A DNA stretch of 64,000 bases from Candidatus Marinacidobacterium sp. (GTDB lineage: Bacteria; Acidobacteriota; Vicinamibacteria; Marinacidobacterales; Marinacidobacteraceae): NCBI GenBank assembly GCA_965204755.1, contig OZ242011.1:512001-576000 (forward strand), written 5' to 3'. A program made the position numbers and the translations under genes. The notes beneath the pieces are model-generated. The model had not been told where the DNA came from, searched no databases, and saw only the letters and a program-made list of their open reading frames with translations. Positions 40,714 through 49,406 of this stretch are shown here, in pieces. The first letter of the stretch is position 1. Every line of letters begins with the position of its first letter.

Positions 40714-41835
40714 TTAGGGCGCGGGGACCTCCCGGAGGATGTAGTCCATCAGGCTGGGAATGCCCGGCTCCCACCGCCGACGGGTTCCGGGGCGCCAGAT
40801 GTAACCGAGATGGCGGAACTGTTGCGCCGTCGCATCCACTTCGTCATCGCCGGCGGCGCCGCCGAAACCCCGCCGGATGGCGGCCTCGAGTTCGGCGCCG
40901 GAGAGGGCCGGGCGCGACTCGAAGGTCTCCGCGACCGCCCGCGCCGGTCCCAACAGCCGCAGTTCCTCCAGTTCGTCGTGGCGTTGGGAGTAGTAGCCGT
41001 CCCTCCGCTCGTTGAAGTCGGCTTGGCAGGCGCGCGCATCCTCGGAGACGACCCGTTCGAGGGAGCCCGCGACGGCGCGCGCCCATACCGCATCGCCCCA
41101 GAGTTGAACGAAGAAGGGGTACCCATGGCTTTCGCGAACGATGTGCTCCAACGCTCCGTCCGTGACGGCGATGTTCTCGGCCTCCAGCGGCTTCCGGATC
41201 GCCTCCGCCGCGGCTCTTTCGTCCAGTCTTCCCAACCGTATGATCCGGCTCCGACCCCAGAACGAAGCTCCCAGCGTGCCGAGGTGGGAACTCAGATTCG
41301 GTGTTCCGGCGAGCACCAGCAGGAAGGGCGCCTCCCGCCCCACTTGCTGGGCGGCGTTGAGCAGGGCTCGGCCGATCCCGGGTTGGAGCGTGTGGGCCTC
41401 GTCCAGCAGGATCACCAGTGGTTTCCTGCTCGCCCGCACCGCGAGGACCGATCGGATCTGGGGCGCCGGCTCGCTTCCGCCGGGCCGCCAAGTGAAGCCG
41501 CGAATCGCGATCTCCTGAGGCCTGACGGTCTCCCACCAATGACGGGGCAAGAGGCATTCCGCCAATTCCGACTTCGTGTCGAAGTCCGACGGCGTCAACG
41601 CCAGCACATCCACGCCGGGGAAGTCGGCTCCTTCCTTCCTCACCCACGCGAGAAGCGCGGTCTTTCCGTTGCCCCGCGGTCCGTAGAGGATGACTTCGCT
41701 GGGCGGCGCTTCGCCGCCGTCCAGGTGCGCAAGCAGCGCACGGAAGAGATCCTGCTCCGGCTCGCGTCCGGCGAGATACGGAGGAAGCCCGCCGGGTCCG
41801 GGACGAAACGGCCCCAAACCGATTTCGGAGCGCAC
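40714..41835 (-). CDS. B4: AAA_16-type ATPase paralog
   Basis: GTG start VRSEIGLGPFRPG; GPRGNGKT; LLDEAH. Confidence 0.88.
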   Translation of the reverse strand: MRSEIGLGPFRPGPGGLPPYLAGREPEQDLFRALLAHLDGGEAPPSEVILYGPRGNGKTALLAWVRKEGADFPGVDVLALTPSDFDTKSELAECLLPRHWWETVRPQEIAIRGFTWRPGGSEPAPQIRSVLAVRASRKPLVILLDEAHTLQPGIGRALLNAAQQVGREAPFLLVLAGTPNLSSHLGTLGASFWGRSRIIRLGRLDERAAAEAIRKPLEAENIAVTDGALEHIVRESHGYPFFVQLWGDAVWARAVAGSLERVVSEDARACQADFNERRDGYYSQRHDELEELRLLGPARAVAETFESRPALSGAELEAAIRRGFGGAAGDDEVDATAQQFRHLGYIWRPGTRRRWEPGIPSLMDYILREVPAP

Positions 41836-41861
41836 GGAAAGCATTCTACTCGGCCACCGGG

Positions 41862-42950
41862 TTACGGCGCGGGGACCTCCCGGAGGAGGTGGGCCAGCAG
41901 GCCGGGAAGGCCGGGTTCCCATACCGGCCTCGTCCCCGGCATCCAGAGGAAACCCGAGCGATGGAGTTCCTTCTCCGCAGCGGCCACTTCGTCATGGTCG
42001 GCGGCCTCGCCCGAAACCCGGCGGATGGCGGCCTCCAGTTCGCTGTCGGAGAGGACCGGTCGCGACTCGAAGGCTTCCGCGACCGCCCGCGCCGTTCGCA
42101 GCAGCCGCAGTTCCTCCAGTTCGCCGCAGCGGCGGCGGTAGTGGTCGTTCCGCTGCCGGTCGAAGTCGGCCTGGCAGGCGCGAACATCCTCGGAGACGAT
42201 CTCCCGGCGAGAGGTCGCGGCGGCGCGCGCCCATACCGCCTCGCCCCAGAGTTGGACGAAGAAGGAATACCCCTCGCTTTCGCGAAAGATGCGCTCCAAC
42301 GCTTCGTCCGTGATGGTGAGGTCTTCGGCTTCCAGCGGCTTCCGGATCGCGTCCGCCGCCGCGCGCTCGTCCAGGCGTCCGATCCGGAACTTCCGGCCGC
42401 GGCCCCAGAAAGAGGCGCCCAGGGTCGACAGGTGGTCGCGCAGGTTCGGCGCTCCCGCGAGCGCCAGGAGGAACGGCGCGGACGAACCGACCTGTTGCGC
42501 CGCGTTCAGGAGGGCGCAACCGGTCTTGCGGTCGATGGTCTGCGCTTCGTCGATCAGCAGGGCCAGCGGGTTCCGGCTGACCCGAAGGTCGAGGGCCCGC
42601 GTGAGATCCGGCGTTACCGGGCCCCAGGCGCGGTCGCGGGCGGTCTTCCACGACGAGGCCGGCAGCAGCAACTCGACCAGCGCGGCGGAGGAATCGAACT
42701 CCGCCGGCGTGAGCGTTTCCACCTCCACGCCGGTGGACGCCCGCGCTTCCTCGCTGACCCACCCGAGGAACGCCGTCACGCCGCAGCCGGGCGGCCCGTA
42801 GAGGATGACCTCGCTCGGCGCCGGCCGGCCGCGGTCGAGGTCGAAGAAGAGCCTCCCGAAGTAGTCCTGCTGCTCCTCCCGCCCGGCGAGGTGCGGCGGC
42901 CTGAGGTCGGGTCCGGGCCGGAACGGCCCCTCGCGGGTCTCGATGCGCAT
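41862..42950 (-). CDS. B5: ATPase paralog with degenerate Walker A (probable pseudo-ATPase)
   Basis: Walker A reads GPPGCGVT, Walker B LLIDEAQ, and GYPF has become GYSF. The ORF is intact at 362 aa. Confidence 0.85.
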   Translation of the reverse strand: MRIETREGPFRPGPDLRPPHLAGREEQQDYFGRLFFDLDRGRPAPSEVILYGPPGCGVTAFLGWVSEEARASTGVEVETLTPAEFDSSAALVELLLPASSWKTARDRAWGPVTPDLTRALDLRVSRNPLALLIDEAQTIDRKTGCALLNAAQQVGSSAPFLLALAGAPNLRDHLSTLGASFWGRGRKFRIGRLDERAAADAIRKPLEAEDLTITDEALERIFRESEGYSFFVQLWGEAVWARAAATSRREIVSEDVRACQADFDRQRNDHYRRRCGELEELRLLRTARAVAEAFESRPVLSDSELEAAIRRVSGEAADHDEVAAAEKELHRSGFLWMPGTRPVWEPGLPGLLAHLLREVPAP

Positions 42951-43016
42951 GGGAACCAGTCTAGCCCCGGGGTTCCGGCGCCGGGCGCCGGCGAATCCGA
43001 ATCCCCGGTCGGGGTA

Positions 43017-43651
43017 TCAGGGGGCCGTTCGCCGCCTCGGTTTCCGGCGGATGTCGTCGTTCGCTTCGAGCGAGGCGATGCTCTCGCCGCCCGGATTCGA
43101 GAGCCGCGCCGAGTCCCGGGGCGGGATCTGCCGCCGGTCGGCGAAGACCGGCGGGGACTCGAACTCCGGGGCGCGTCGGTGGAACCGGGGAAACCCGGTC
43201 GTCTTCAGCCGCGCCTCGCCGCGGTTCGGGAGGCCGTGGATTCGACGCGCGGCCGGGAGAGGAAGGCCAGGTCGCAGATCCGCGTCAAGGCCTGTCCGAA
43301 ACGGAAGAGGGAGAGCGACAACCGCTCCGGAGTCGTGTCGAGGACGAAGGCGCCTTCGTCCCATTCGAGCCCCGACTCGGTCATCACGCGCTCCAGCAGC
43401 ATTCCCCGAACGCCTTCGAAGAAGTCGTCCACTTCGTGCTCGTAACTGAGGTGCATCATCGTGTGCCCGCAGTCGGAGAGCCGCAGCCGCCCGTCAGGGG
43501 TTTCGGACAGGCGGATCGGATAGCGGTCGCCGTCCGGAAACGCGAAGGGCGTTCGCAGCCACCGGCTGCCGTCCGGCCGCGAGTCCACGCCCACTTCGCG
43601 GCACAGGTTTTCGCGGAGCCGGCGCTCCAGGTCTTTCGGGTCGAGGGTCAT
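43017..43651 (-). pseudogene. DUF1828-family gene, frameshifted and probably internally deleted
   Basis: ATG 43651 opens MTLDPKDL...TPFAFPDGDRYPI...LSDCGHTMMHLSY...FGQALTRICDL and stops at 43205. A C-terminal-like remnant (GLPNRGEARL...VFADRRQIP...ARLSNPGGESIASL...RK) continues in another frame to 43017. The family call is from recalled motifs. Confidence 0.6.
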
Positions 43652-43691
43652 TCGGGAAGGATGGCCATTTCCATACCGGAGCGTAGTCCGG

Positions 43692-44975
43692 TCAATCGCG
43701 TCGTCCTTCCCGGTCGGCGGCGAGGAGGGAGCGGCGGAGCAGGTCCAGCGCATAGGTGGAGGTGAGGCGGCGCACCAGGGGGCGGTCGCCGGGGAAGCGG
43801 TGGCGTTCGGCGCGATTGACCGGGCCGGCGACGGCGATCCATACCAGGCCGACGGGTTTGGCGCGGCTGCCGCCGCCCGGGCCGGCGATTCCGGTTACGG
43901 CGAGGCCCCAGGCGTTTCCGGCGCGGCGGCGGACGCCCTCGGCCATCCGTTCGGCGACCGCGCGGCTGACCGCGCCTTCGGCGGCGAGGGTGTCCGGGGG
44001 GACGCCGAGCAGGGCGGTCTTCGCTTCGTCGGCGTAAGCGGCGATGCCGAGGTCGAACCAGGCGGAGGCGCCGGGGACGCGGGTGAGGCGTTCGGCGATG
44101 AGGCCGCCGGTGAGGGACTCCGCCATGGCCGCGCGTTCGCCGCGGCGGGCGAGTTCGCGGCCCACGGCGTGTTCGAGGCGTTCGGCGGGGGCGCGGGTAT
44201 AGACGGCGTCGCCGAGGCGTTCCGCGATGCGGTCGGCGAGGGCGGCGGCGGCGGGTTTCTCCCCGGCGGGGGCGGAGACCCGGAGGGAGATTTCGCCGCC
44301 GGAGGCGAGGACGCTGACTTCGAGGGGGGACGGGGGCTTCGGGTAGAGGTCGGCGAGGCGCTCTTCCAGCCGGGATTCGGGGAGGCCGGCGAGGCCCAGG
44401 GTGAAGGCGGCCGGCGCTTCGGTCGCGCCGGACTTGCCGGCGAGCCGGGGCGCGGCTTCGGCGTCGAACATCGCCGCGAGTTCCCTCGGGGGGCCGGGGA
44501 GGAGGACGAGGACGGCGCCGGATGCGGCGCGGGCGAAGACTCCGGGGGCGGTCCCGGCGGGGTTCGGCAGCGCCTCCGCGCCTTCGGGGAGGAGGGCCTG
44601 GCGGCGGTTCACCGCCGGCATGGCGAAGCCGCGCTGCCGGAAGCGGGACTCGATGCGGCGGAGGGAGGGGGCGTGTTCCGCCAGCGGTCGCGAGAGGGCG
44701 GCGGCGGCCGCGGCGCGGGTGCGGTCGTCGGTGGTGGGGCCGAGGCCGCCGGCGGCCAGGACGAAGCGGAAACGGTCGAGGGCGGCGCGGATGGTTTCGG
44801 TGAGGAGGGCTTCGTCGTCGCCGACCACCGCCTGGTGGAGGGTGGGGATGCCGAGGGCGGCGAGGCGCTCCTTGAGGAGGGGGGTGTTGCGGTCGCGGCG
44901 GCGGGGGCGGAGGAGTTCCGAGCCGACCGCGACCACCGCGGCGCCGGCGGCGAGCCGGTCGCCGGCGTCCGTCAT
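43692..44975 (-). CDS. cinA: CinA family protein (MoCF-like domain + NMN deamidase domain)
   Basis: VGSELL, VGDD, GGLGPTTDDRT, NPAGTAPG, LPGPPREL, AESLTGG, VTGIAGPGGGSRAKPVGLVW. Confidence 0.95.
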   Translation of the reverse strand: MTDAGDRLAAGAAVVAVGSELLRPRRRDRNTPLLKERLAALGIPTLHQAVVGDDEALLTETIRAALDRFRFVLAAGGLGPTTDDRTRAAAAAALSRPLAEHAPSLRRIESRFRQRGFAMPAVNRRQALLPEGAEALPNPAGTAPGVFARAASGAVLVLLPGPPRELAAMFDAEAAPRLAGKSGATEAPAAFTLGLAGLPESRLEERLADLYPKPPSPLEVSVLASGGEISLRVSAPAGEKPAAAALADRIAERLGDAVYTRAPAERLEHAVGRELARRGERAAMAESLTGGLIAERLTRVPGASAWFDLGIAAYADEAKTALLGVPPDTLAAEGAVSRAVAERMAEGVRRRAGNAWGLAVTGIAGPGGGSRAKPVGLVWIAVAGPVNRAERHRFPGDRPLVRRLTSTYALDLLRRSLLAADREGRRD

Positions 44976-45099
44976 CAGCGGCGCCGCCGCGGCGCGCTCC
45001 CGCTCCGCGCCGCCGGCGAACGCGGTTCCGGGAGCCGGGGGCGCCGGGCGGGAAGCGCCGGGCCGGCGGCCGACACGGCGCCCGGAACGGGGGACGGAC

Positions 45100-46242
45100 T
45101 CAGTAGCCGAAGAAGGCGAACAGGAGGACGCGGGTGACGAGGCCGGCGGCGAGGTCGTCCGCCATGATGCCGAAGCCGCCGGGCAGGCGCTCGAGTTGGC
45201 GGATGGGCGGGGGCTTCGCGATGTCCAGCGCCCGGAAGAGGGCGAACGCGCCGAGCAGGAGCGCGGCGGGGGCGCCGGCGCCGAAGGCGGCGAGCCACAT
45301 CCCGCAGGCTTCGTCCACGACCACTTCCGGCGGGTCCTTGCGCCCGGAGGCGGCTGCGTAGCGGTGGGCGGCCCAGGTCCCGAGCGCGGTCGCGCCGACG
45401 AAGAGGGCGATCCCGGTCAGCGGGGACAGGCCGCGGGTGAGCAGGGCGGCGGCGAGGCCGACCAGGGCGCCGAAGGTGCCGGGGGCGTGGGGGAGGCGGC
45501 CGACGAAACCGACGGTGGCGAGGAGCCGGGCGAAGACGCCGGAAGCGGAGACTCCCTCGGCGCGGCGGCCGCGCCGGGCGACTTCGTCCCAGTCCGCGTC
45601 CTCCCAGTCGCGGTCGGGGTCGCGGTGCGACTCCTCCGCCGGCGGCGGGGGGTCCGGGTCGCCCAGCGGGCCGGGGGGGGACGGCTGCGGGGCGGCGGGG
45701 TCGGCAGGCGCGGGCGGCGAGGCCGCCGGGGGAGTCGCGATTCCCGAGGGGGCCTCTGCCGGGGCCGGGCCCGGAGCCGGGGCAACCGGGGAGCGCGAGG
45801 CGGTGGAGGCCCGGAGCCGCCGCTCCACCCGCTCGCGCACCGCCGTCTCCGGCCCGTCCGGCGAACTGACCGGCGAACCGCTCGGCAACCCGTCCGGCGA
45901 ACCGCTCGGCGAACCGGCCCGCGACCCGCTCGGCGAACCGGCCGGCGGCGCCTCCGGTTCGCTCGCGGGCCCGCGTTCGGCGCCGCCGTCGCCGCCGGGT
46001 TCCGGGCGGGCGTCGCCGATCGAGCGCACGCGGCGGCGAACCGCGTCGCTCCAGTGCTCGTCGTTCCGCGAGTCGGGCGGGGAGTCCGGGGAGCGGCCCC
46101 CGTCCGGCCCGGCCGCCGGGCGGCCCCCGGAACGCCGCCCGCCGTCCGGGCTCACCGCCCGCCGGGAGCCGACGCGCCCGCGTTCCCCGGTGGGCCGAGC
46201 CGCCGGAAACGGGGGAAATCGGACGGACGCACCGGCGGGCAA
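45100..46242 (-). CDS. pgpA: Phosphatidylglycerophosphatase A with a long low-complexity N-terminal extension (start uncertain; alternative GTG 46155)
   Basis: APGTFGAL, KDPPEVVVDEACG, FRALDIAKPPPI, GGFGIMADDLAAG; upstream of cinA. Confidence 0.88.
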   Translation of the reverse strand: MPAGASVRFPPFPAARPTGERGRVGSRRAVSPDGGRRSGGRPAAGPDGGRSPDSPPDSRNDEHWSDAVRRRVRSIGDARPEPGGDGGAERGPASEPEAPPAGSPSGSRAGSPSGSPDGLPSGSPVSSPDGPETAVRERVERRLRASTASRSPVAPAPGPAPAEAPSGIATPPAASPPAPADPAAPQPSPPGPLGDPDPPPPAEESHRDPDRDWEDADWDEVARRGRRAEGVSASGVFARLLATVGFVGRLPHAPGTFGALVGLAAALLTRGLSPLTGIALFVGATALGTWAAHRYAAASGRKDPPEVVVDEACGMWLAAFGAGAPAALLLGAFALFRALDIAKPPPIRQLERLPGGFGIMADDLAAGLVTRVLLFAFFGY

Positions 46243-46330
46243 CTATACGGCCCGCGGGGAGGGCGCCCCGCCGGCCCTTCCCGACCGGAAGGCACGAAAT
46301 CCCCGCGTGGTTTCCCGATGGGATCGGCGG

Positions 46331-49087
46331 TCAGGTCTTCCGGCAGCGGAGGAAGCGGTGCGCGTTTCCCGGGTCGAGCCCGGCGGGCGAATCGCCGTCC
46401 GGATCGCCGTCCCGGCCCTGGGCGTCCCACGAGCAGGTGAGGGAGACCTCGATCGTGCGCAGGCAGGCGTCGGACTCCTTGTACAGGGACAGCGTGAACC
46501 CGCCTTCGATCTCCACATCGTCCGCGTCGCAGCCGCGGCCGTCGGAGATGGTGCAGCGCGAGTGGCTGCCGGTGAAGTTGTCGGCGCGGCCGTTCCCCTC
46601 GCCGCCCCGGTCGAGGTCCACCTTGCCGAAGTCCCGGTAGGCCGGCTCGAGGTCCTCGTCGAGCACCGGGATGGTGAGCAGCGCGCGCTGGGGCCAGACC
46701 CGGCGGCCGGCGCCCTCGACCCAGGAGAGGCGCGGAAACGACAGCCGGTCGCCCCAGATCCACCAGGAGTCCTCCCGCCCCACCGAGTCGGTCCCGGCGT
46801 GGTCGGGAGAGGGGTAGTAGAGGTCCCGGTCGGCGCGGGTCCGGTCCACCTCCGGGCCGGAACCGGCTTCGCGCAGGTGGAGCCGGAAGAAGCGGCTCCC
46901 CGTCGGGCGGGGGAGGTTGCGGTACATCTCGCCGACTTCGGTGACCGCCGTACCGGTGCGGTCGGGGAGCGGCGCCAGGTTGCGGGCGAGTTGGAGCGCG
47001 GCGAGGCGGCCGCCCTCGACCAGGGCGCGGAGGCGGAATCGCCGGCGGCCGTCGCCGAACGCGTCCTCCGTCCCGCGCGGGGCGCCGTCGTATCGGGACG
47101 GCCCGAGGTCGGCGATGGAGCCGTCGCCCCAGAAGCGGTCGACTTCCTCCTCGAACAGGTCGCACATGTCCACCTGTTCGGCGGCGGGGAAGGAGAGCGG
47201 GGGGCACTCCACTTCGTCGAAGGGGTCCCGGCCGGTCGGCCAATCCACGCGGCTGCCGGCCCAGGGCGCGGCGATCTCCGGCGCGGCCCGCAGGGTGTAG
47301 CCGGCGAGGTGGTCGGCGCGGCTCTCGCCCCGGGCGCGGCGGCCGGCGAGACCCTTGCCGCGCTGGCCGGAGGTGTCGTCGGTGACGATGCGGAAGCAGT
47401 GGCGGGGCTTTTGGATGCGGTCGGCGCCGGGGATGTCGTAACTGCCGGTGTCGGTGAGCCAGGCGTTTTGGTGGGCGCCGCCGCCGGGGGCGAGGAAGGG
47501 GCGGCCGGGCTCGGCTTCCCCGGTGCGGACTTCCTCGGCGGTGAGGAAGAAACAGTCGTGGTCGCCGTTGCGGAGGGGGCCGGCGGTGGTCTGCGTCAGG
47601 TTCTCGGTTCCGTAGGCGCTCCAGGCGTCTTCGTCGGTTTCGAGGCGGCCGCCGAAGACATGGACGCGGGTTTCGTCGTCCCGGGTCAGGTCGAGCGGGG
47701 TCGGCCGGCGGGCGGCGGGGACTTCGGGGCCGCGGACCGCCAGGGGGCCTCCGCTGCCGGCGAGGGTGGCGAACTCGTGGGTGAGGGTTACCGGGGCGGT
47801 GGCGGTGTAGGTCCAGCCGGCGTCGAGTCCGTTCACCCGGTCCTGGCCGTCGTTCATGACCAGGCCGGCCTCCAACTCGAAGTCGGCGTCGAAGGCGGCG
47901 CAGACCGGGGAGTCGGCGGCGGCGAGCCGGGGGGCGGGAGGCGGTTCGTCGGCGGGTTCCGAGCAGCGGAAGGGGCCGCAGGTGAAGTAGAGGATGTCGT
48001 CGGTGGCCTCGGCCGCGGGGCCGGGTTCCGTCGTGAGGCGGGTGAAGGAGAAGGTGACGCCGTTTCGGGCGATTTCGGCTTGGAGGGCGCGCCAGGCGGT
48101 GTGGGCGAAGGGGGCGCTCGTTCCGGAGCGGAGGTCGAGCGGGGGGGCGTCGTCGTCGAACTCGGGCGCCATCCGGGCGGGGGCGGAAGCGGTGACGGTG
48201 AGCGCGGGGTTGACGCGGGCCGCCGCGCGGCGGGGGTCGGTTTCGTCGTCGGGACAGAAGACCTGGCCGGAGCAGTCGGGGTCGGCGGTTCTCGCCGGAA
48301 GGGCCAGGCGGACTTCGAGTTTCGGGGCGGCCGCCGGGGTGGTTCCGGCGACGGGGGGGCTCCAGGCGCTGAGGACCGGCGAGGCCGCGCCTCCGGCGGC
48401 GGCGCGGACCCGGAGGTAGACGGTGGTCTGCGGCGGGACGGCGGCGCGGTGGGTGGGGGCGGCGGTGGCGACGACGGCGGCGGCGGTCAGGGCCTCGGGG
48501 GTGGCGGCGACCTGGACCCGGTACACCAGGGCGTCGGGGACCGGGCTCCAGGCCCACTCGAGGTAGTCGGGGCCGGAGTCGGAGAGGTAGGGGAGCGGGG
48601 TGGCGAGGGTCGGGGGGGCGGATCGGGCGGCGCCCTGGGCGGTGGGGCTCCAGGGGCTTCGCCGGCTCCCGGCGAGGGCGCGGACGCGGGCGTAGCCGGC
48701 GGTTCCGGGGGTTACCGGGAAGCGGTGGGAGGTGGCGGTGGTTTCGGCGGAGGTGACGGAGGCGAAACTGCCGGCGACCCGGCTGAGTTGGGCTTCGTAG
48801 GCGGTGGCGCCGGGGACCGCGTCCCAGCGGAACTCGATGAAGTCGGGGCCGGCGGCGGAGGCGGCGAGGTTCGCCGGGGCGGCGAGCCCGGGCGGGGTGG
48901 TCGGGGTGGGGGTTGGGGCGGGCTGCGGGGTCGGGGCGGGCGTCGCCGGGGAGTCGCGGTCGCAGGCGGCGGCGAGGGCGGCGAGGGCCGCGAGGAGCAG
49001 CGCGGGAACGGCGAGGCGCGGGGCGATGCCCGCGGCGATGGCCGGGCGCGGGGCGATGGCCGGGCGCGGGACGGGCGGGCGGTGCAT
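46331..49087 (-). CDS. Lipoprotein with two fibronectin type III-like domains and a Cys-rich uncharacterised C-terminal region
   Basis: Lipobox-like LAALAAAC and a Pro/Thr linker. FN3-like patterns APANLAAS...FRWDAVPGATAYEAQ...ARVRA...SPWS and LEWAWSPVPDALVYRVQ...YLRVRA...SAWS. Confidence 0.78.
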   Translation of the reverse strand: MHRPPVPRPAIAPRPAIAAGIAPRLAVPALLLAALAALAAACDRDSPATPAPTPQPAPTPTPTTPPGLAAPANLAASAAGPDFIEFRWDAVPGATAYEAQLSRVAGSFASVTSAETTATSHRFPVTPGTAGYARVRALAGSRRSPWSPTAQGAARSAPPTLATPLPYLSDSGPDYLEWAWSPVPDALVYRVQVAATPEALTAAAVVATAAPTHRAAVPPQTTVYLRVRAAAGGAASPVLSAWSPPVAGTTPAAAPKLEVRLALPARTADPDCSGQVFCPDDETDPRRAAARVNPALTVTASAPARMAPEFDDDAPPLDLRSGTSAPFAHTAWRALQAEIARNGVTFSFTRLTTEPGPAAEATDDILYFTCGPFRCSEPADEPPPAPRLAAADSPVCAAFDADFELEAGLVMNDGQDRVNGLDAGWTYTATAPVTLTHEFATLAGSGGPLAVRGPEVPAARRPTPLDLTRDDETRVHVFGGRLETDEDAWSAYGTENLTQTTAGPLRNGDHDCFFLTAEEVRTGEAEPGRPFLAPGGGAHQNAWLTDTGSYDIPGADRIQKPRHCFRIVTDDTSGQRGKGLAGRRARGESRADHLAGYTLRAAPEIAAPWAGSRVDWPTGRDPFDEVECPPLSFPAAEQVDMCDLFEEEVDRFWGDGSIADLGPSRYDGAPRGTEDAFGDGRRRFRLRALVEGGRLAALQLARNLAPLPDRTGTAVTEVGEMYRNLPRPTGSRFFRLHLREAGSGPEVDRTRADRDLYYPSPDHAGTDSVGREDSWWIWGDRLSFPRLSWVEGAGRRVWPQRALLTIPVLDEDLEPAYRDFGKVDLDRGGEGNGRADNFTGSHSRCTISDGRGCDADDVEIEGGFTLSLYKESDACLRTIEVSLTCSWDAQGRDGDPDGDSPAGLDPGNAHRFLRCRKT

Positions 49088-49406
49088 CTCGGTGGGGGCG
49101 GCGCGATCCCGGGCCGGCGAATCGGGCCGGGCGAACGGACGCCGGCCGCCCGCGGCGGGTTCCCCGGCGACCCGAAGCGGGCGGGGGCGGCGCCTCGCGT
49201 TTCCGGCCCGGCCCGGGCCGGACGCCGTCGGGCGCGGTCGGGCTCACCTTCGCCGAGGTTCGGGATCGAACGCAGTCATTCTTTCACGGGAAAGCCCCCG
49301 GGAGGCGGCGCCGGGGCGGCCGCCGCGCGGGCGGCGCGGGCCGGACGGACGCGGGCGCGGCGGCCGCGCCGGCGCGGGGGCCGGGCGCGATAATGGTTCG
49401 CAAAAG

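Noticed and set aside
43091-43169. Nested hairpin (CCGCCGGTC-ggcgaa-GACCGGCGG) as an ncRNA or terminator
   Set aside because: It has no U-tract, lies within the DUF1828 remnant, and such stems are expected by chance at this GC content.
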